64,000 nucleotides of DNA from Nostoc sp. DedSLP01 (GCA_034530875.2 JAVRCJ020000013.1:32001-96000), one strand, 5' to 3'; numbered from the stretch's first letter, positions 32,900 through 43,212 are shown. Program-made: numbers and translations. Notes: a model not told the origin generated them from the letters alone.

Positions 32900-33379
32900 A
32901 TGAAATATGTTCCATATTTTGTTTCAGTTTTGGGTGCTGGCTTAATCTCAAGTCTGGCTCAACCAGCCCAAGCTCAAGTAGCGTATGGCAGTTATATTGG
33001 TATCGGCCCTAGCGTTGGTATTACCGATGGCGTGCAAATTGGCGGGGTGATAGCTGGGCGCTACAAGCTTTTGGAAGCGCCAATTTCTCTACGCGCTCAA
33101 GTGTTAATTGGTAATGGTACGGCAATCGTACCAACCGTTTCTTATGATGTACCTCTCAATTGGCAAGCTGATGCATATTTAGGTGCTGGGTTGGTGTTTG
33201 CTGGTGATGATTCTCCTGTAGGCGACAAAATTAGTTTTGCTTTACAGCCCGGAATTGATTACATGATTCCAAACAGCAATACTGTGCTTTTTGGCAACGC
33301 GATCATCGCTTTTGATGCTTATCGTGATAGCGGTGGTACGGCTGTTTCTGTGCAAGGTGGTGTTGGTTTGAGATTTTAA
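32900..33379 (+). CDS. Secreted small outer-membrane beta-barrel-like protein
   Basis: AQA signal peptide, alternating beta strands, C-terminal Phe. Confidence 0.75.
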   Translation: MKYVPYFVSVLGAGLISSLAQPAQAQVAYGSYIGIGPSVGITDGVQIGGVIAGRYKLLEAPISLRAQVLIGNGTAIVPTVSYDVPLNWQADAYLGAGLVFAGDDSPVGDKISFALQPGIDYMIPNSNTVLFGNAIIAFDAYRDSGGTAVSVQGGVGLRF

Positions 33380-33512
33380 TCCGACTATGAAGTTAAAGCG
33401 ATCGCTATCTTTTGGACTTTCATCAAAAAGTCAGCAAGAGCGATCGCTTTCTCTAAAGAAGCGTTAAACTTCATTGCAAATTAAGAAGTGAGGCTAAACA
33501 ACATGATAATTT

Positions 33513-33770
33513 TTGATGATGTCTAGAGACAGCACAGGATTAACACAGGAGAACACAGTGGCAATGGAATCAAATTTCTTAACGGATGCAGGCGCAGATG
33601 AGATGAATCAAGATTTCAGTGAATACGTGGCTAACCTGCAACTTCACATGACTCTACAAGCTCGGAATCTTGTTCCACCTCTGAAGCAAACACTGGCAGA
33701 CAGTCGCCAGCAACTACTCCTTCAAACCCAAGCCAACTTTGAAAAGCTAGTTTCTCGACAAGGGTTATAA
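33513..33770 (+). CDS. Hypothetical protein
   Basis: Intergenic ORF with plausible composition; true start may be ATG near 33564. Confidence 0.65.
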   Translation: MMMSRDSTGLTQENTVAMESNFLTDAGADEMNQDFSEYVANLQLHMTLQARNLVPPLKQTLADSRQQLLLQTQANFEKLVSRQGL

Positions 33771-33974
33771 ATATATACGTACTTTAATCAAAATTCAAAT
33801 AAAATATAGGCAGATGTTGGTGGGTCAATGCTAATCGTATTCTCACAATATCTGCTTTTACTGCTTTTTTAAGTATTAAGTTACTAAAATCACTCTTTTG
33901 GCTCAATAGTCAGGAGCAGAAAGTAGTTAAGATAATTGCATCAGTTCCCACAAAGAGCAGTTAGTTAAGGCTAA

Positions 33975-35231
33975 ATGGCGGCTGGAATTAAAATGACTTC
34001 ATTACTTCCTCGAAATCTCAGCGTTATTATCCGACCAGTCCAATATCGGGATCTGGATGGGGTTGAGCGCATAACTCAAGAGTCATTCGCAGCCCTTACT
34101 CCCAAGGGAGCAAATTTTGCCATCAGCCAGATGCAATTGTTGCGTCGTTGGTATGGATTACTCAAATTTTTGAGTTGGTTTCCTAACCCGCTACAGTATC
34201 GCCTCTGTGCTTATGTAGCAGAGCAAGGGCGTATGCTTTTAGGGATGATTCAAGTGTCACCTTTTAACCGCACGCGCAGTACTTGGCGGATCGACCGAGT
34301 ACTCCTAGACCGTGGCGTGGATAAACAAGGCATTGGTTCGCAGCTTTTGCGTCATTGCTTTGAATCGATTTTAGAAGCTCGCACTTGGCTGTTGGAAGTT
34401 AATATCAACGATATAGAAGGGCTGGCCTTGTATCGACAAAATGGATTCCAGCGTCTGGCAGAAATGACATACTGGGAAATCGAGCCGGAATCGCTAGTGG
34501 AATTGGCACAAGCAGAGCCAGATTTACCCAACCTCTTGCCAGTGAGCAATGCTGATGCCCAATTGTTATATCAATTAGATACGGCATCGATGCCACCTTT
34601 GGTGCGTCAAGTTTTTGACCGCAATACCCGCGACTTTAAAACCAGCCTGTTCGGTGCTTTAACTGATGCTGTCAAGCAATGGGTAACTAAAACAGAAGTA
34701 GTCAGTGGTTACGTATTTGAACCGCAACGTAAAGCTGCGATCGGCTATTTTCAGGTGCAACTCGATCGCAAGGGCGAAGTTCCTCACGTAGCAACGCTAA
34801 CGGTTCATCCTGCTTACACTTGGCTATATCCAGAATTACTCTCTCAACTGGCTCGCATTGCTCAAGATTTTCCTCAGCAAGGCTTACAACTAGCTTCTTC
34901 AGATTATCAGGCAGAGCGAGAAGAATATTTGGAGCGAATCGGGGCAAAACGTATAGAACATACGCTAATTATGTCTCGCTCTGTGTGGCACAAGTTACGG
35001 GAGTCTAAATTCGTCTCCTTAGAAGGAATTCAGTGGACTGATATGCTACAAGGTCTACAACCAGCTCGTAAACCCATACCAGGCGGTATGTCGTGGGTAC
35101 AACCAGGGCAAGCACCATCGACAGATAGAGCGCAGCCAAGCAAATCAGAACCGATTAATTTTTCTGGAAAAAACAATAACATGGAAGCATCGCCGATTCC
35201 AGAATCAGCAGATGCACAGCAGGAGAATTAG
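33975..35231 (+). CDS. GNAT family N-acetyltransferase
   Basis: KQGIGSQLL motif A, ALYRQNGF motif B. Confidence 0.88.
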   Translation: MAAGIKMTSLLPRNLSVIIRPVQYRDLDGVERITQESFAALTPKGANFAISQMQLLRRWYGLLKFLSWFPNPLQYRLCAYVAEQGRMLLGMIQVSPFNRTRSTWRIDRVLLDRGVDKQGIGSQLLRHCFESILEARTWLLEVNINDIEGLALYRQNGFQRLAEMTYWEIEPESLVELAQAEPDLPNLLPVSNADAQLLYQLDTASMPPLVRQVFDRNTRDFKTSLFGALTDAVKQWVTKTEVVSGYVFEPQRKAAIGYFQVQLDRKGEVPHVATLTVHPAYTWLYPELLSQLARIAQDFPQQGLQLASSDYQAEREEYLERIGAKRIEHTLIMSRSVWHKLRESKFVSLEGIQWTDMLQGLQPARKPIPGGMSWVQPGQAPSTDRAQPSKSEPINFSGKNNNMEASPIPESADAQQEN

Positions 35232-35703
35232 TGTGGTATCCGAACAAGCAAAACCGTTTATTTCAGCTTTGGGGTTAGATTTCGGTCGCAAGCGGATTGG
35301 TGTGGCAGGGTGCGATCGCACGGGTTTGATTGCTACGGGTATCACCACAATTGAGCGTACATCTTTCGAGCAGGATGTCGAGCAAATCCGAGAAATAGTC
35401 AACGAACGCCAGGTGCAAGTCCTGGTTTTCGGTTTACCTTATTCAATGGATGGTTCGCTAGGATTTCAGGCGCATCAAGTCCAAAAGTTTGCCAAAAGAC
35501 TTGCTAAAGCCCTGAATTTACCTGTGGAATATGTAGACGAACGATTAACTTCATTTCAAGCAGAACAACTGCTGATAGCTGAGAATCGCTCCCCGTCACG
35601 CCATAAAGGTTTGATCGACCGTAAGGCAGCGTCTTTGATTTTGCAACAATGGCTCGATACTAAGCGTGCTTCGCGCAGTTCAGTGGTAGCTATTGAGTAT
35701 TGA
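35212..35703 (+). CDS. ruvX: YqgF/RuvX family pre-16S rRNA nuclease
   Basis: LGLDFGRKRIGVA, GLPYSMDG, VDERLTS, IDRKAASLIL; start probably a downstream GTG. Confidence 0.93.
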   Translation: MHSRRISVVSEQAKPFISALGLDFGRKRIGVAGCDRTGLIATGITTIERTSFEQDVEQIREIVNERQVQVLVFGLPYSMDGSLGFQAHQVQKFAKRLAKALNLPVEYVDERLTSFQAEQLLIAENRSPSRHKGLIDRKAASLILQQWLDTKRASRSSVVAIEY

Positions 35704-35822
35704 TACGTTTTAACATGATATTCTGAAAACGATTAGCCAGTATTTGTATCTACGTGTAAAGCTATTTGATAGTTGAACGATTTACAAAGTCGCTGGTATT
35801 TATTAAAGTTATAAATTTGGCC

Positions 35823-36395
35823 ATGTTTTCCTCTCCATTTCCTGAAGAAAATGATAACGCTCACGCAGGTTCCATTACATTAACCGATGAAAAAGGGCGA
35901 TCGCTCGATTGTTATATAGAGCATCGCTTAGAGGTAGATGGGCAAGAATATGTTTTACTTCTTCCTGTAGACTCACCTGTAGAAATTTTTTCTTGGCAAG
36001 GTGAAGGCGAGGAAGAAGAAGCAGTTCTTGTAGAAGATGACGCCGTTATCGAACAAATTTTTGCCACTGCTCAAGCTGTACTATCCGAACAAAACTTAAC
36101 GCTGAAAAATACAGCTTACGCTTTGACAGTTGCAGGCGATTTACCGCCAGTTGAAGAATCAGAACTGTTTACTTTAGAAATTGAAGACGACGAAGCAGAT
36201 TTAGAGCCAGAGCAATTACAACTATTGGCTAGCTTCTATGATGAACATCAGGAGTATGCAATATATACACCCCTGGATCCACTTTTGTTTTTTGCACGCA
36301 TAACGAAAACAGGCGAACCTGAATTACTTTCTCCAGAAGAGTTTCGTAAAGTACAACCTCTGTTAGAGGAACATCTTTTTAATGAAGTAGAGTAA
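35823..36395 (+). CDS. DUF3727 domain protein
   Basis: Acidic; YVLLLPVDSPV, YAIYTPLDP; follows ruvX as in many cyanobacteria. Confidence 0.8.
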   Translation: MFSSPFPEENDNAHAGSITLTDEKGRSLDCYIEHRLEVDGQEYVLLLPVDSPVEIFSWQGEGEEEEAVLVEDDAVIEQIFATAQAVLSEQNLTLKNTAYALTVAGDLPPVEESELFTLEIEDDEADLEPEQLQLLASFYDEHQEYAIYTPLDPLLFFARITKTGEPELLSPEEFRKVQPLLEEHLFNEVE

Positions 36396-36636
36396 GATAA
36401 AAAATTCAAAATTAAAAAGTAACATTTTGAATTTTTTAATTGGAATTACCGAAATCTATTCCTATGCTCCATTAAATCTGGGAGCAACGAAACATTATAC
36501 CTACCTGAAAAAAGGGAGTAGGATATATTCGTTATTTGGGGAATTTTATGATTGACTGCCCTGAAAATAGTATATTGGGCATTGGGCAATCCAAAATCTA
36601 AAATCTAAAATCCGCAATTGCTATGAGGTGCTGAAA

Positions 36637-37263
36637 ATGGCTTATAGCGACTTTACATTAAGTAAATTTAAAAAGTCATTCAGCATCCCGATTGATGAAG
36701 AAACTGATTTGTGTGCCAATGTAGAACCTTTACAGCCAAGCGATAAACTTACAAGTACTTTAGAAGAAACTACAGAACTGGCTTTAGCAATCAATACTGA
36801 AAAAGCTCGTTCAGAAATGATTATTACACCAATATTATTGGAGGTAAGACGGAGAGCTAAGGAACCAATTAGTTTATTTTCGGGGATAGATTTTAATGTA
36901 GATGCCCAAAAAGGTCTGAATGGTTACTGTGACTTTATTATCAGTCGTTCTAAAGAGCAACTAACAATTAATGTACCTGTGGTGATTATTATTGAAGCAA
37001 AAAATGAAAATATTAAAAGTGGATTAGGTCAATGTGCGGCGGCAATGTTGGCAGCACAATTGTTTAATCAACAGGAAGGAAATGAAGTTAATAAAATTTT
37101 CGGGGCGGTAACAACGGGGGATATTTGGAAGTTTTTGAAGTTAGAATCAAACGAGATATTTATTGATTTGAATAATTATTACATTAAAGAGATAGATAAG
37201 ATTTTAGGGATTTTATCTCAAAGTGTTCGTGGAGATATTCCAGGATGGAGTTCGACTAAGTAA
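36637..37263 (+). CDS. PD-(D/E)xK nuclease-like hypothetical protein (expanded cyanobacterial family)
   Basis: TEKARSEMIITP, GYCDF, IIEAK, GLGQC, GAVTTGDIWKF. Confidence 0.75.
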   Translation: MAYSDFTLSKFKKSFSIPIDEETDLCANVEPLQPSDKLTSTLEETTELALAINTEKARSEMIITPILLEVRRRAKEPISLFSGIDFNVDAQKGLNGYCDFIISRSKEQLTINVPVVIIIEAKNENIKSGLGQCAAAMLAAQLFNQQEGNEVNKIFGAVTTGDIWKFLKLESNEIFIDLNNYYIKEIDKILGILSQSVRGDIPGWSSTK

Positions 37264-37317
37264 ACTGTATTGGGTTATGCTCGTTTCTCTGGAGCTATTT
37301 ATATTTGCCTGTTGACT

Positions 37318-37857
37318 ATGACCTGGAACAATCTTTTACAGCCTGACTTAATTTTAGAAGGTTCAGTATTAAATCTGACACCAGATATTATCCAACAATA
37401 CGGTCTCAAGGGGCTGGTGTTGGATGTAGATGAAACTTTGGTACCCTTTAGAGTGGGGGTGGCTTCCCCAGAACTACAAAGCTGGGTAGAGGAAATCCGC
37501 GCTTGTACTGCATTGTGGTTGGTGAGCAATAATTTGAGCGAAGCGCGAATTGGTGGAATTGCCCGATCGCTGAATTTACCTTACTATTTGGGTGCAGCTA
37601 AGCCTTCGCGACGCAAAATTAGAGCCGCACTGCAAGCAATGAATTTACCAGTGCATCAAGTCGGAATGGTAGGCGATCGCTTGTTTACCGATGTTTTAGC
37701 AGGTAATCGCTTGGGAATGTTTACCATTTTGGTTGAACCAATTATTCATCCAGACGTCGCCTTGCGTTCTCATCCTGTCCGTAATTTTGAAGTTTGGGTG
37801 TCTGAAATACTAGGTGCCTCTATTACCCCGAAGAAAACGAAAATTCACAAAACTTGA
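37318..37857 (+). CDS. YqeG family HAD IIIA phosphatase
   Basis: DVDETL, VSNN, AAKP, VGDRLFTDVLAG. Confidence 0.92.
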   Translation: MTWNNLLQPDLILEGSVLNLTPDIIQQYGLKGLVLDVDETLVPFRVGVASPELQSWVEEIRACTALWLVSNNLSEARIGGIARSLNLPYYLGAAKPSRRKIRAALQAMNLPVHQVGMVGDRLFTDVLAGNRLGMFTILVEPIIHPDVALRSHPVRNFEVWVSEILGASITPKKTKIHKT

Positions 37858-38065
37858 GAAATCATCAGGAAAGTAAATCTAAAGAAATGGTTAAAGAATC
37901 TTACTGGAATCCAAAAATCGGGGATCATAAGTATTAATAACATGGAGTCAGCTAAAAAAGACTCTAGCGCATACTAAATAAATATAAACTCGTAAAGCGT
38001 CAGCCCTCACTTATAGAGGAACTGGCGCTTTAAAATTCAATGACTGCTTATTTTCAACTTTTTAG

Positions 38066-39175
38066 ATGTCACTAACGATTGTTGTCAAAATCGGTACTTC
38101 TAGCCTTACCAAACCAGAAACGGGACAATTAGCACTTTCTACCATCGCTACCTTAGCGGAGACGCTCTGTCATTTAAGACGTCAGGGACATCGAGTGATT
38201 TTGGTTTCCTCTGGCGCTGTGGGGGTGGGTTGTGCGCGGTTGGGGTTAACCGAACGTCCCAAAGCGATCGCTCTTAAACAAGCTGTAGCTGCGGTTGGGC
38301 AAGGTAGGTTAATCCGTGTATATGATGATTTATTTAATACTTTACAACAGCCGATCGCTCAAGTATTATTGACTCGCAGTGATTTGGTACAGCGTAGTCG
38401 CTATCTCAATGCCTACAATACTTTTCAAGAACTGCTGGGATTGGGAGTGATTCCCATAGTCAATGAAAATGATACCGTTGCAGTAGAGGAACTAAAATTT
38501 GGCGACAATGACACCCTTTCAGCCTTGGTTGCAAGTTTAGTAGAAGCCGATTGGTTATTTTTACTCACCGATGTCGATCGCCTTTATTCAGCCGATCCGC
38601 GTTCCGTACCAGATGCGCGACCCATCGCTTTAGTTAGTAGTATTAAAGAATTAACCCAATTACAAATACAAACAGGTTCTCAAGGTTCTCAATGGGGTAC
38701 CGGGGGTATGGTAACAAAAATTTCCGCTGCGAGAATTGCGATCGCAGCTGGAGTGCGGACTGTAATTACCCAAGGAAGATTTCCCCAAAATATAGAGAAA
38801 ATTTTACAAGGTGACTCGATCGGCACGCATTTTGAACCGCAGCCGGAACCAACTTCTGCGCGTAAACGTTGGATAGCTTACGGACTTGTACCTGCGGGAA
38901 AATTGTATTTAGATGCAGGTGCGATCGCGGCAATTTCTTTGGCAGGAAAATCGTTATTAGCAGCTGGAATTAAAGCAGTTGATGGAGAGTTTGATACGCA
39001 AGATGCAGTGCAATTATGTGATAGTAACGGTAACGAAATTGCCAGAGGACTTGTGAATTATAACAGCGATGAACTGCAAAAAATTCGCGGGCATCATTCA
39101 CGTGAAATTGCCACAATTTTAGGCTACGCTGGGGCGGAAACTGTGATTCATCGGGATAATTTGGTTTTGACTTAG
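38066..39175 (+). CDS. proB: Glutamate 5-kinase
   Basis: [37 protein letters not shown] domain. Confidence 0.97.
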   Translation: MSLTIVVKIGTSSLTKPETGQLALSTIATLAETLCHLRRQGHRVILVSSGAVGVGCARLGLTERPKAIALKQAVAAVGQGRLIRVYDDLFNTLQQPIAQVLLTRSDLVQRSRYLNAYNTFQELLGLGVIPIVNENDTVAVEELKFGDNDTLSALVASLVEADWLFLLTDVDRLYSADPRSVPDARPIALVSSIKELTQLQIQTGSQGSQWGTGGMVTKISAARIAIAAGVRTVITQGRFPQNIEKILQGDSIGTHFEPQPEPTSARKRWIAYGLVPAGKLYLDAGAIAAISLAGKSLLAAGIKAVDGEFDTQDAVQLCDSNGNEIARGLVNYNSDELQKIRGHHSREIATILGYAGAETVIHRDNLVLT

Positions 39176-39320
39176 GATAGAAATCAGCTAGTACTAATAC
39201 CGTTTCACTTTAAAATTGATACATTTAGGCAAGCTGTTGAAGCAGGGGAGGCAGGGGGAGCAAAAAGAATGATTTGTATCAATAATTTCGTGAAATAGTA
39301 TAACTGAGAGAAAAAATCTG

Positions 39321-39431
39321 ATGACTCAAACCTTAGCAAATTCGGTGAACTTACCAGAAGAACAACGCTTCTTCCGGGGTGGATGAAGTTGGGAAAAATT
39401 CCAAGCGATTCAAGCTAGCTTTGAAAATGTC
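39321..39431 (+). pseudogene. N-terminal remnant of a Uma2-family endonuclease
   Basis: MTQTLANSVNLPEEQRFFRGG*SWEKFQAIQASFENV: in-frame TGA, then truncated; resembles the EQR...SWEQF start of cyanobacterial Uma2 proteins. Confidence 0.5.
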
Positions 39432-39447
39432 AGTTTTAAAGCAAATA

Positions 39448-40398
39448 TCAAATTAACATAGAAGCGATCGCCACTGCTCCCCACAACGGTGCATCATCAC
39501 CCAACGCCGCTGGTATAACTTCAAAATCAACTTCCGGTAAAGCCGTCTCCCGCGCCACCTGTCGCACCACCCGCCAAAAATCCTCACCCGCTTTCGTTAC
39601 ACCGCCACCCAACACAAAGCGCTGCGGATTCATTAAATTTGCCACATTCCCGATACCCACACCCAGCGCCCAAGCAGCTTTGTACAAAACTTCTTTAGCC
39701 ACATCATCCCCAGCCACCGCCGCCTCACTTATCAACTGCCCTGTAAGTAAGGTTAAATCATTCCCCACTAAATCCCTCAAAATCTCTCCACTTCTGTGCG
39801 GTTGATTTTCTAAAATTTCCCTAGCATTTTGTGCCATATAAGGCCCTGAAGCCAAACGTTCCACACATCCCCGCTTCCCACACAAACAAACTGGCCCAGC
39901 AGGATCTACAACTATATGTCCAATTTCGCCAGCCATTCCACCTACACCCCGCCAAGGCTGGCCGTTGAGTATCCAACCACCACCGACGCCTGTACTGACA
40001 GTTATATAAAACAAACTATCGTAACCCTGTCCCGCACCAAAGCGATGTTCTCCTAATGCAGCAACATTAGCATCGTTGTCTACACCAACACTGACACCAA
40101 ATTCTTTTTCCAATAAGTCTTTGAGGGGAATATTTTCCCAGCCAGCGACATGATGAGATAGTCGCACTGTCCCCGTGGAAGCATCTACAGGACCGCCAAA
40201 GCTAACACCGATCGCACTCGGTTTTGTATCTTGTAGTAAAGAGTAAATTAGCGATCGCATAATTTCCAAGTCAGTATTAGCATCTGCATTTGCTGGCGAC
40301 AGGCGGCGTTCGTAACGCAACCACTTTCTCGAACCGATATTGACTAATGCTGCTGCTAGTTTAGTTCCGCCAAAATCCAGAGCTAAAATTAATGTCAT
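39448..40398 (-). CDS. ROK family sugar kinase
   Basis: LDFGGTK, DNDANVAALGE, STGVGGG, GEIGH, CLCGKRGCVE. Confidence 0.93.
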   Translation of the reverse strand: MTLILALDFGGTKLAAALVNIGSRKWLRYERRLSPANADANTDLEIMRSLIYSLLQDTKPSAIGVSFGGPVDASTGTVRLSHHVAGWENIPLKDLLEKEFGVSVGVDNDANVAALGEHRFGAGQGYDSLFYITVSTGVGGGWILNGQPWRGVGGMAGEIGHIVVDPAGPVCLCGKRGCVERLASGPYMAQNAREILENQPHRSGEILRDLVGNDLTLLTGQLISEAAVAGDDVAKEVLYKAAWALGVGIGNVANLMNPQRFVLGGGVTKAGEDFWRVVRQVARETALPEVDFEVIPAALGDDAPLWGAVAIASMLI

Positions 40399-40509
40399 AG
40401 TTTTTTCTACTTCTTTTGAATTATCACTATATATGGTTTCTTTCTCAAGAAAGATGCCTGCAAGCAAAATAAATTTAACACTAAAGTAAATTAGGTTATT
40501 TATTAAATC

Positions 40510-40728
40510 ATGACTACTGAGAAACCAAATTCATTTATCGATTTCTCTCACGCCAATGAACCTCCTGCCTCTATTGAGAGAGATAAACAAAAAGAGGCGG
40601 TTCCTGTTGAACCAGAAGAAGTTACTGGACAGAGCGAGCAAAATCCTACTCCTGATGATTTGAGTCGTCAAGAAGATCCAAAAATGGGGGATAGTCAAAT
40701 AATTAGTGCCAATATTTCAGCTGGATAA
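40510..40728 (+). CDS. Small acidic hypothetical protein
   Basis: Fills the intergenic gap; low complexity, acidic. Confidence 0.6.
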   Translation: MTTEKPNSFIDFSHANEPPASIERDKQKEAVPVEPEEVTGQSEQNPTPDDLSRQEDPKMGDSQIISANISAG

Positions 40729-40745
40729 ATAATAGTCTTACTAAT

Positions 40746-41498
40746 TTACTCAGATTTTTTTAAGTCAAGTACTTCATCAATAAACTGTTGCAATCGTTCG
40801 TAATGCGAACCTTTCCAATAAACGCGATCGCAAGTTGGGCAGCGTTGGAATTTATCAATCTGCGATCGCACATTTTCTGGTATTTGTTCGATAATCAATT
40901 CCTTCTCTACAGATTCTAATAATCCATTGCAGCGCAAACACCTTTTAAAGGGGGAAACTAATTTAAATAAATCGAAGCGTTGCAGTATTTCTAAAATTTG
41001 TTTGTCAGGGTTAGTATTTCTCACATAATATCCATGCGTTACTAAACTACGCATCAACAAACCCCGATCGCGAGTTAAGAGAATTCGCGCTTGATTGGCA
41101 GATATCTTTGCTAATTCCTCATCTTCGTAATCATTACGATATAAGGTATCAAAGCCTAAAAGTCGTAGAGATGTTGCTAGTTTACCTAAATGAATATCTA
41201 AAACAAAGCGAATAATATTGAGGGGTTTCGGTGAGACAGAAAGACTTGGTGTAATATCACTCCTACTAGAAATTGGATAAACATTGATAATATCCTCGTC
41301 CATAACAATGTAAGAAAAATCTACATATTTATCGTTAACTTTGATAAAATCAATTTCTGTATGAGGAACGCCCAATGACTCGATTGTGTCCTTAATTGAG
41401 GCTCTTTCTTCAAAAGAATGAGAAATTCTTACTTGCTTTTGATGCCGTGGTAAAAAATGATTCAATTCTGCGTGAAAATATAAGTATGCGATCGCCAT
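40746..41498 (-). CDS. Ubiquitin-like + Mut7-C RNase (PIN-like) domain protein
   Basis: SIKDTIESLGVPHTE, FVLDIHLGKLA..LRLLGFD, LLTRDRGL, RCLRCN...CPTC...YWKGSH. Confidence 0.9.
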   Translation of the reverse strand: MAIAYLYFHAELNHFLPRHQKQVRISHSFEERASIKDTIESLGVPHTEIDFIKVNDKYVDFSYIVMDEDIINVYPISSRSDITPSLSVSPKPLNIIRFVLDIHLGKLATSLRLLGFDTLYRNDYEDEELAKISANQARILLTRDRGLLMRSLVTHGYYVRNTNPDKQILEILQRFDLFKLVSPFKRCLRCNGLLESVEKELIIEQIPENVRSQIDKFQRCPTCDRVYWKGSHYERLQQFIDEVLDLKKSE

Positions 41499-41789
41499 AG
41501 TCACAAGTCTTGCAATTAGTCAGACAATGCAATGATTCGAGATTGCCCCCACGGATAAATCCGCTTGCTCTGCATCATCAAGAAATCATACCAAATCCGC
41601 TTTTCAAATCCCCGAAAAAGTCTATTTTATAATCAGAAGGCAAAAACTGCCTCAAATAAGTGGTTGAACAACCAGGCTAAAAATAGAAAGGGCGCGTCAA
41701 ATATTGCGTTGGCAAAGCCTACTATTCGCACCGCGTCTCGTAAATAAAGTATCGCCCTGATTAGTGTTTATACAATGGTGCTATCACCT

Positions 41790-41867
41790 CTATTGTGTTG
41801 AGGTATCAAGTTTAGCAAGTTTAGCTAATATTCTTAAGCCTTCTTCTGGGTTACCAGTCGCAGACAT
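41790..41867 (-). pseudogene. Possible C-terminal remnant of a CopG/HicB-like antitoxin
   Basis: SATGNPEEGLRILAKL resembles, from memory, the C-termini of small cyanobacterial antitoxins; too short to be sure. Confidence 0.3.
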
Positions 41868-41893
41868 GGTAGCATATACGCTGTCATGAAGTC

Positions 41894-42815
41894 CTAATCA
41901 AAAGGCTTAAAAGCGATCGCTTTTGGTGATGCGGTTGATGTGGGCGATCGCACTCTTGTTCTCTCTCCTTCTAACGGTACAATTTCTCTGGGTTTTTCTC
42001 TAGAAGTGAACAGCAGGCAACTAATATGGGGTACTTCGCCAACGCGCTTGAGTAATTGACCATATCTTTCGTAACCAGCTCGACATTGCCCTGCTTGACC
42101 ACTAGCGAGAATTGTCTCAACATTATCTAAAATCAGCAGACATCGGTTTGATTGCAAACATTCCATCAGCTTTGCTAGTTTGCCATCAAAGCTTTCGGGT
42201 ATCGCTATCTCCTTTTGCAACCCGGACAGCAAAGATTGCAGGATGTTTGTTACTTGCTCTTCTACTGGTGGTGCATTTTGCAGGCTGCGCCACACCGCTA
42301 CCTCAAATTCGCTTTGAATTTGCAGCCCCAGCTTCACCGCTAAAGTGCTTTTACCAATACCGCCAATTCCCAGCAGTCCAATTAAACGACACCGCTCTTC
42401 TAATATCCATTGTTGTAGCTGCAATAATTCTTCATTACGACCAAAAAACACAGATATATCTGGTGCTTCTGCCCAATCATACTGTGGGTTTGCTTGTCGA
42501 GTTTCTAGTTCCTCTAAGGTCGAGGTTGGCCTGGTATAATCGCTTTGAAATAACTCCAGCCCAAAGGCAGCGAAGGCAAACTGCAACGAACTTTTATCTA
42601 CAGGTTCTAAGCGTGCCAAAATTCTAGATATAGTGTGTAGAGCTAAACGAGTGCGTAGGCGTAGCCCGTCGCCAGACATCGCTTAGTTCTTCTAATGAAA
42701 AACTATCTCCACCATTCTCATCAAATTCTACTTGAGTTTTGACAGCTTGAAATTTCTCCCAGCCTTTTAGGGTAAGAATTACACCCCGCCTGCGTCTGCT
42801 TGATTGTTTCATCAA
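41894..42815 (-). pseudogene. Frameshifted and truncated NB-ARC/NACHT (STAND) gene with N-terminal HTH
   Basis: RRRRGVILTLKG N-terminus, DWAEAPD..FFGR, Walker A GIGGIGKS, Walker B LLILDNVE, TSREKP; split by a 22-nt insert; no C-terminal repeats. Confidence 0.85.
42656..42677. mobile_element. 22-nt SDR5-like element inserted in a HIP1 octamer
   Basis: GCG|TAGGCGTAGCCCGTCGCCAGAC|ATCGC; removal restores GCGATCGC and the reading frame. Confidence 0.85.
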
Positions 42816-43212
42816 CGTTACCTAAAACAAAGTAGATACGTCTCCATCAAGAAAATTCTCAAAGGACAATAGAAGAAGATAGTTCTGGAAAAGCAATTCC
42901 AGCTTGACTAATTAAATAAAATATGTTGTTCAGAACACATTTTATTCAAGCTAAGTTTTTTAGTTAACGCGATCGCCATCTCCAAAAAATACCAATACAT
43001 CTCAATAACTGGCTTTCAATAAGCAATATTCCTCTGTAGAAAAATTAGCCAGTATTTACGCTAAATCAGGTTATTATGCAGCCCCCATTGATAATAAAGC
43101 AAAACTAAGTATCTGTAAACGTCAGATGATTTGGTATTTTAATTACTCAATTTTTCCATTCAATACAATACGACTATCCAATTTTTGTCCTTATTCTTCA
43201 AGGTAGCTGGCG

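Noticed and set aside
32755..33012. 85-aa ORF
   Set aside because: Repeat-derived and overlaps the real gene at 32900 in another frame
42112..42627. 171-aa plus-strand ORF
   Set aside because: Antisense to the NB-ARC pseudogene
42624..42679. Programmed frameshift joining the two NB-ARC ORFs
   Set aside because: No slippery site; the 22-nt HIP1 insert fully explains the frame change
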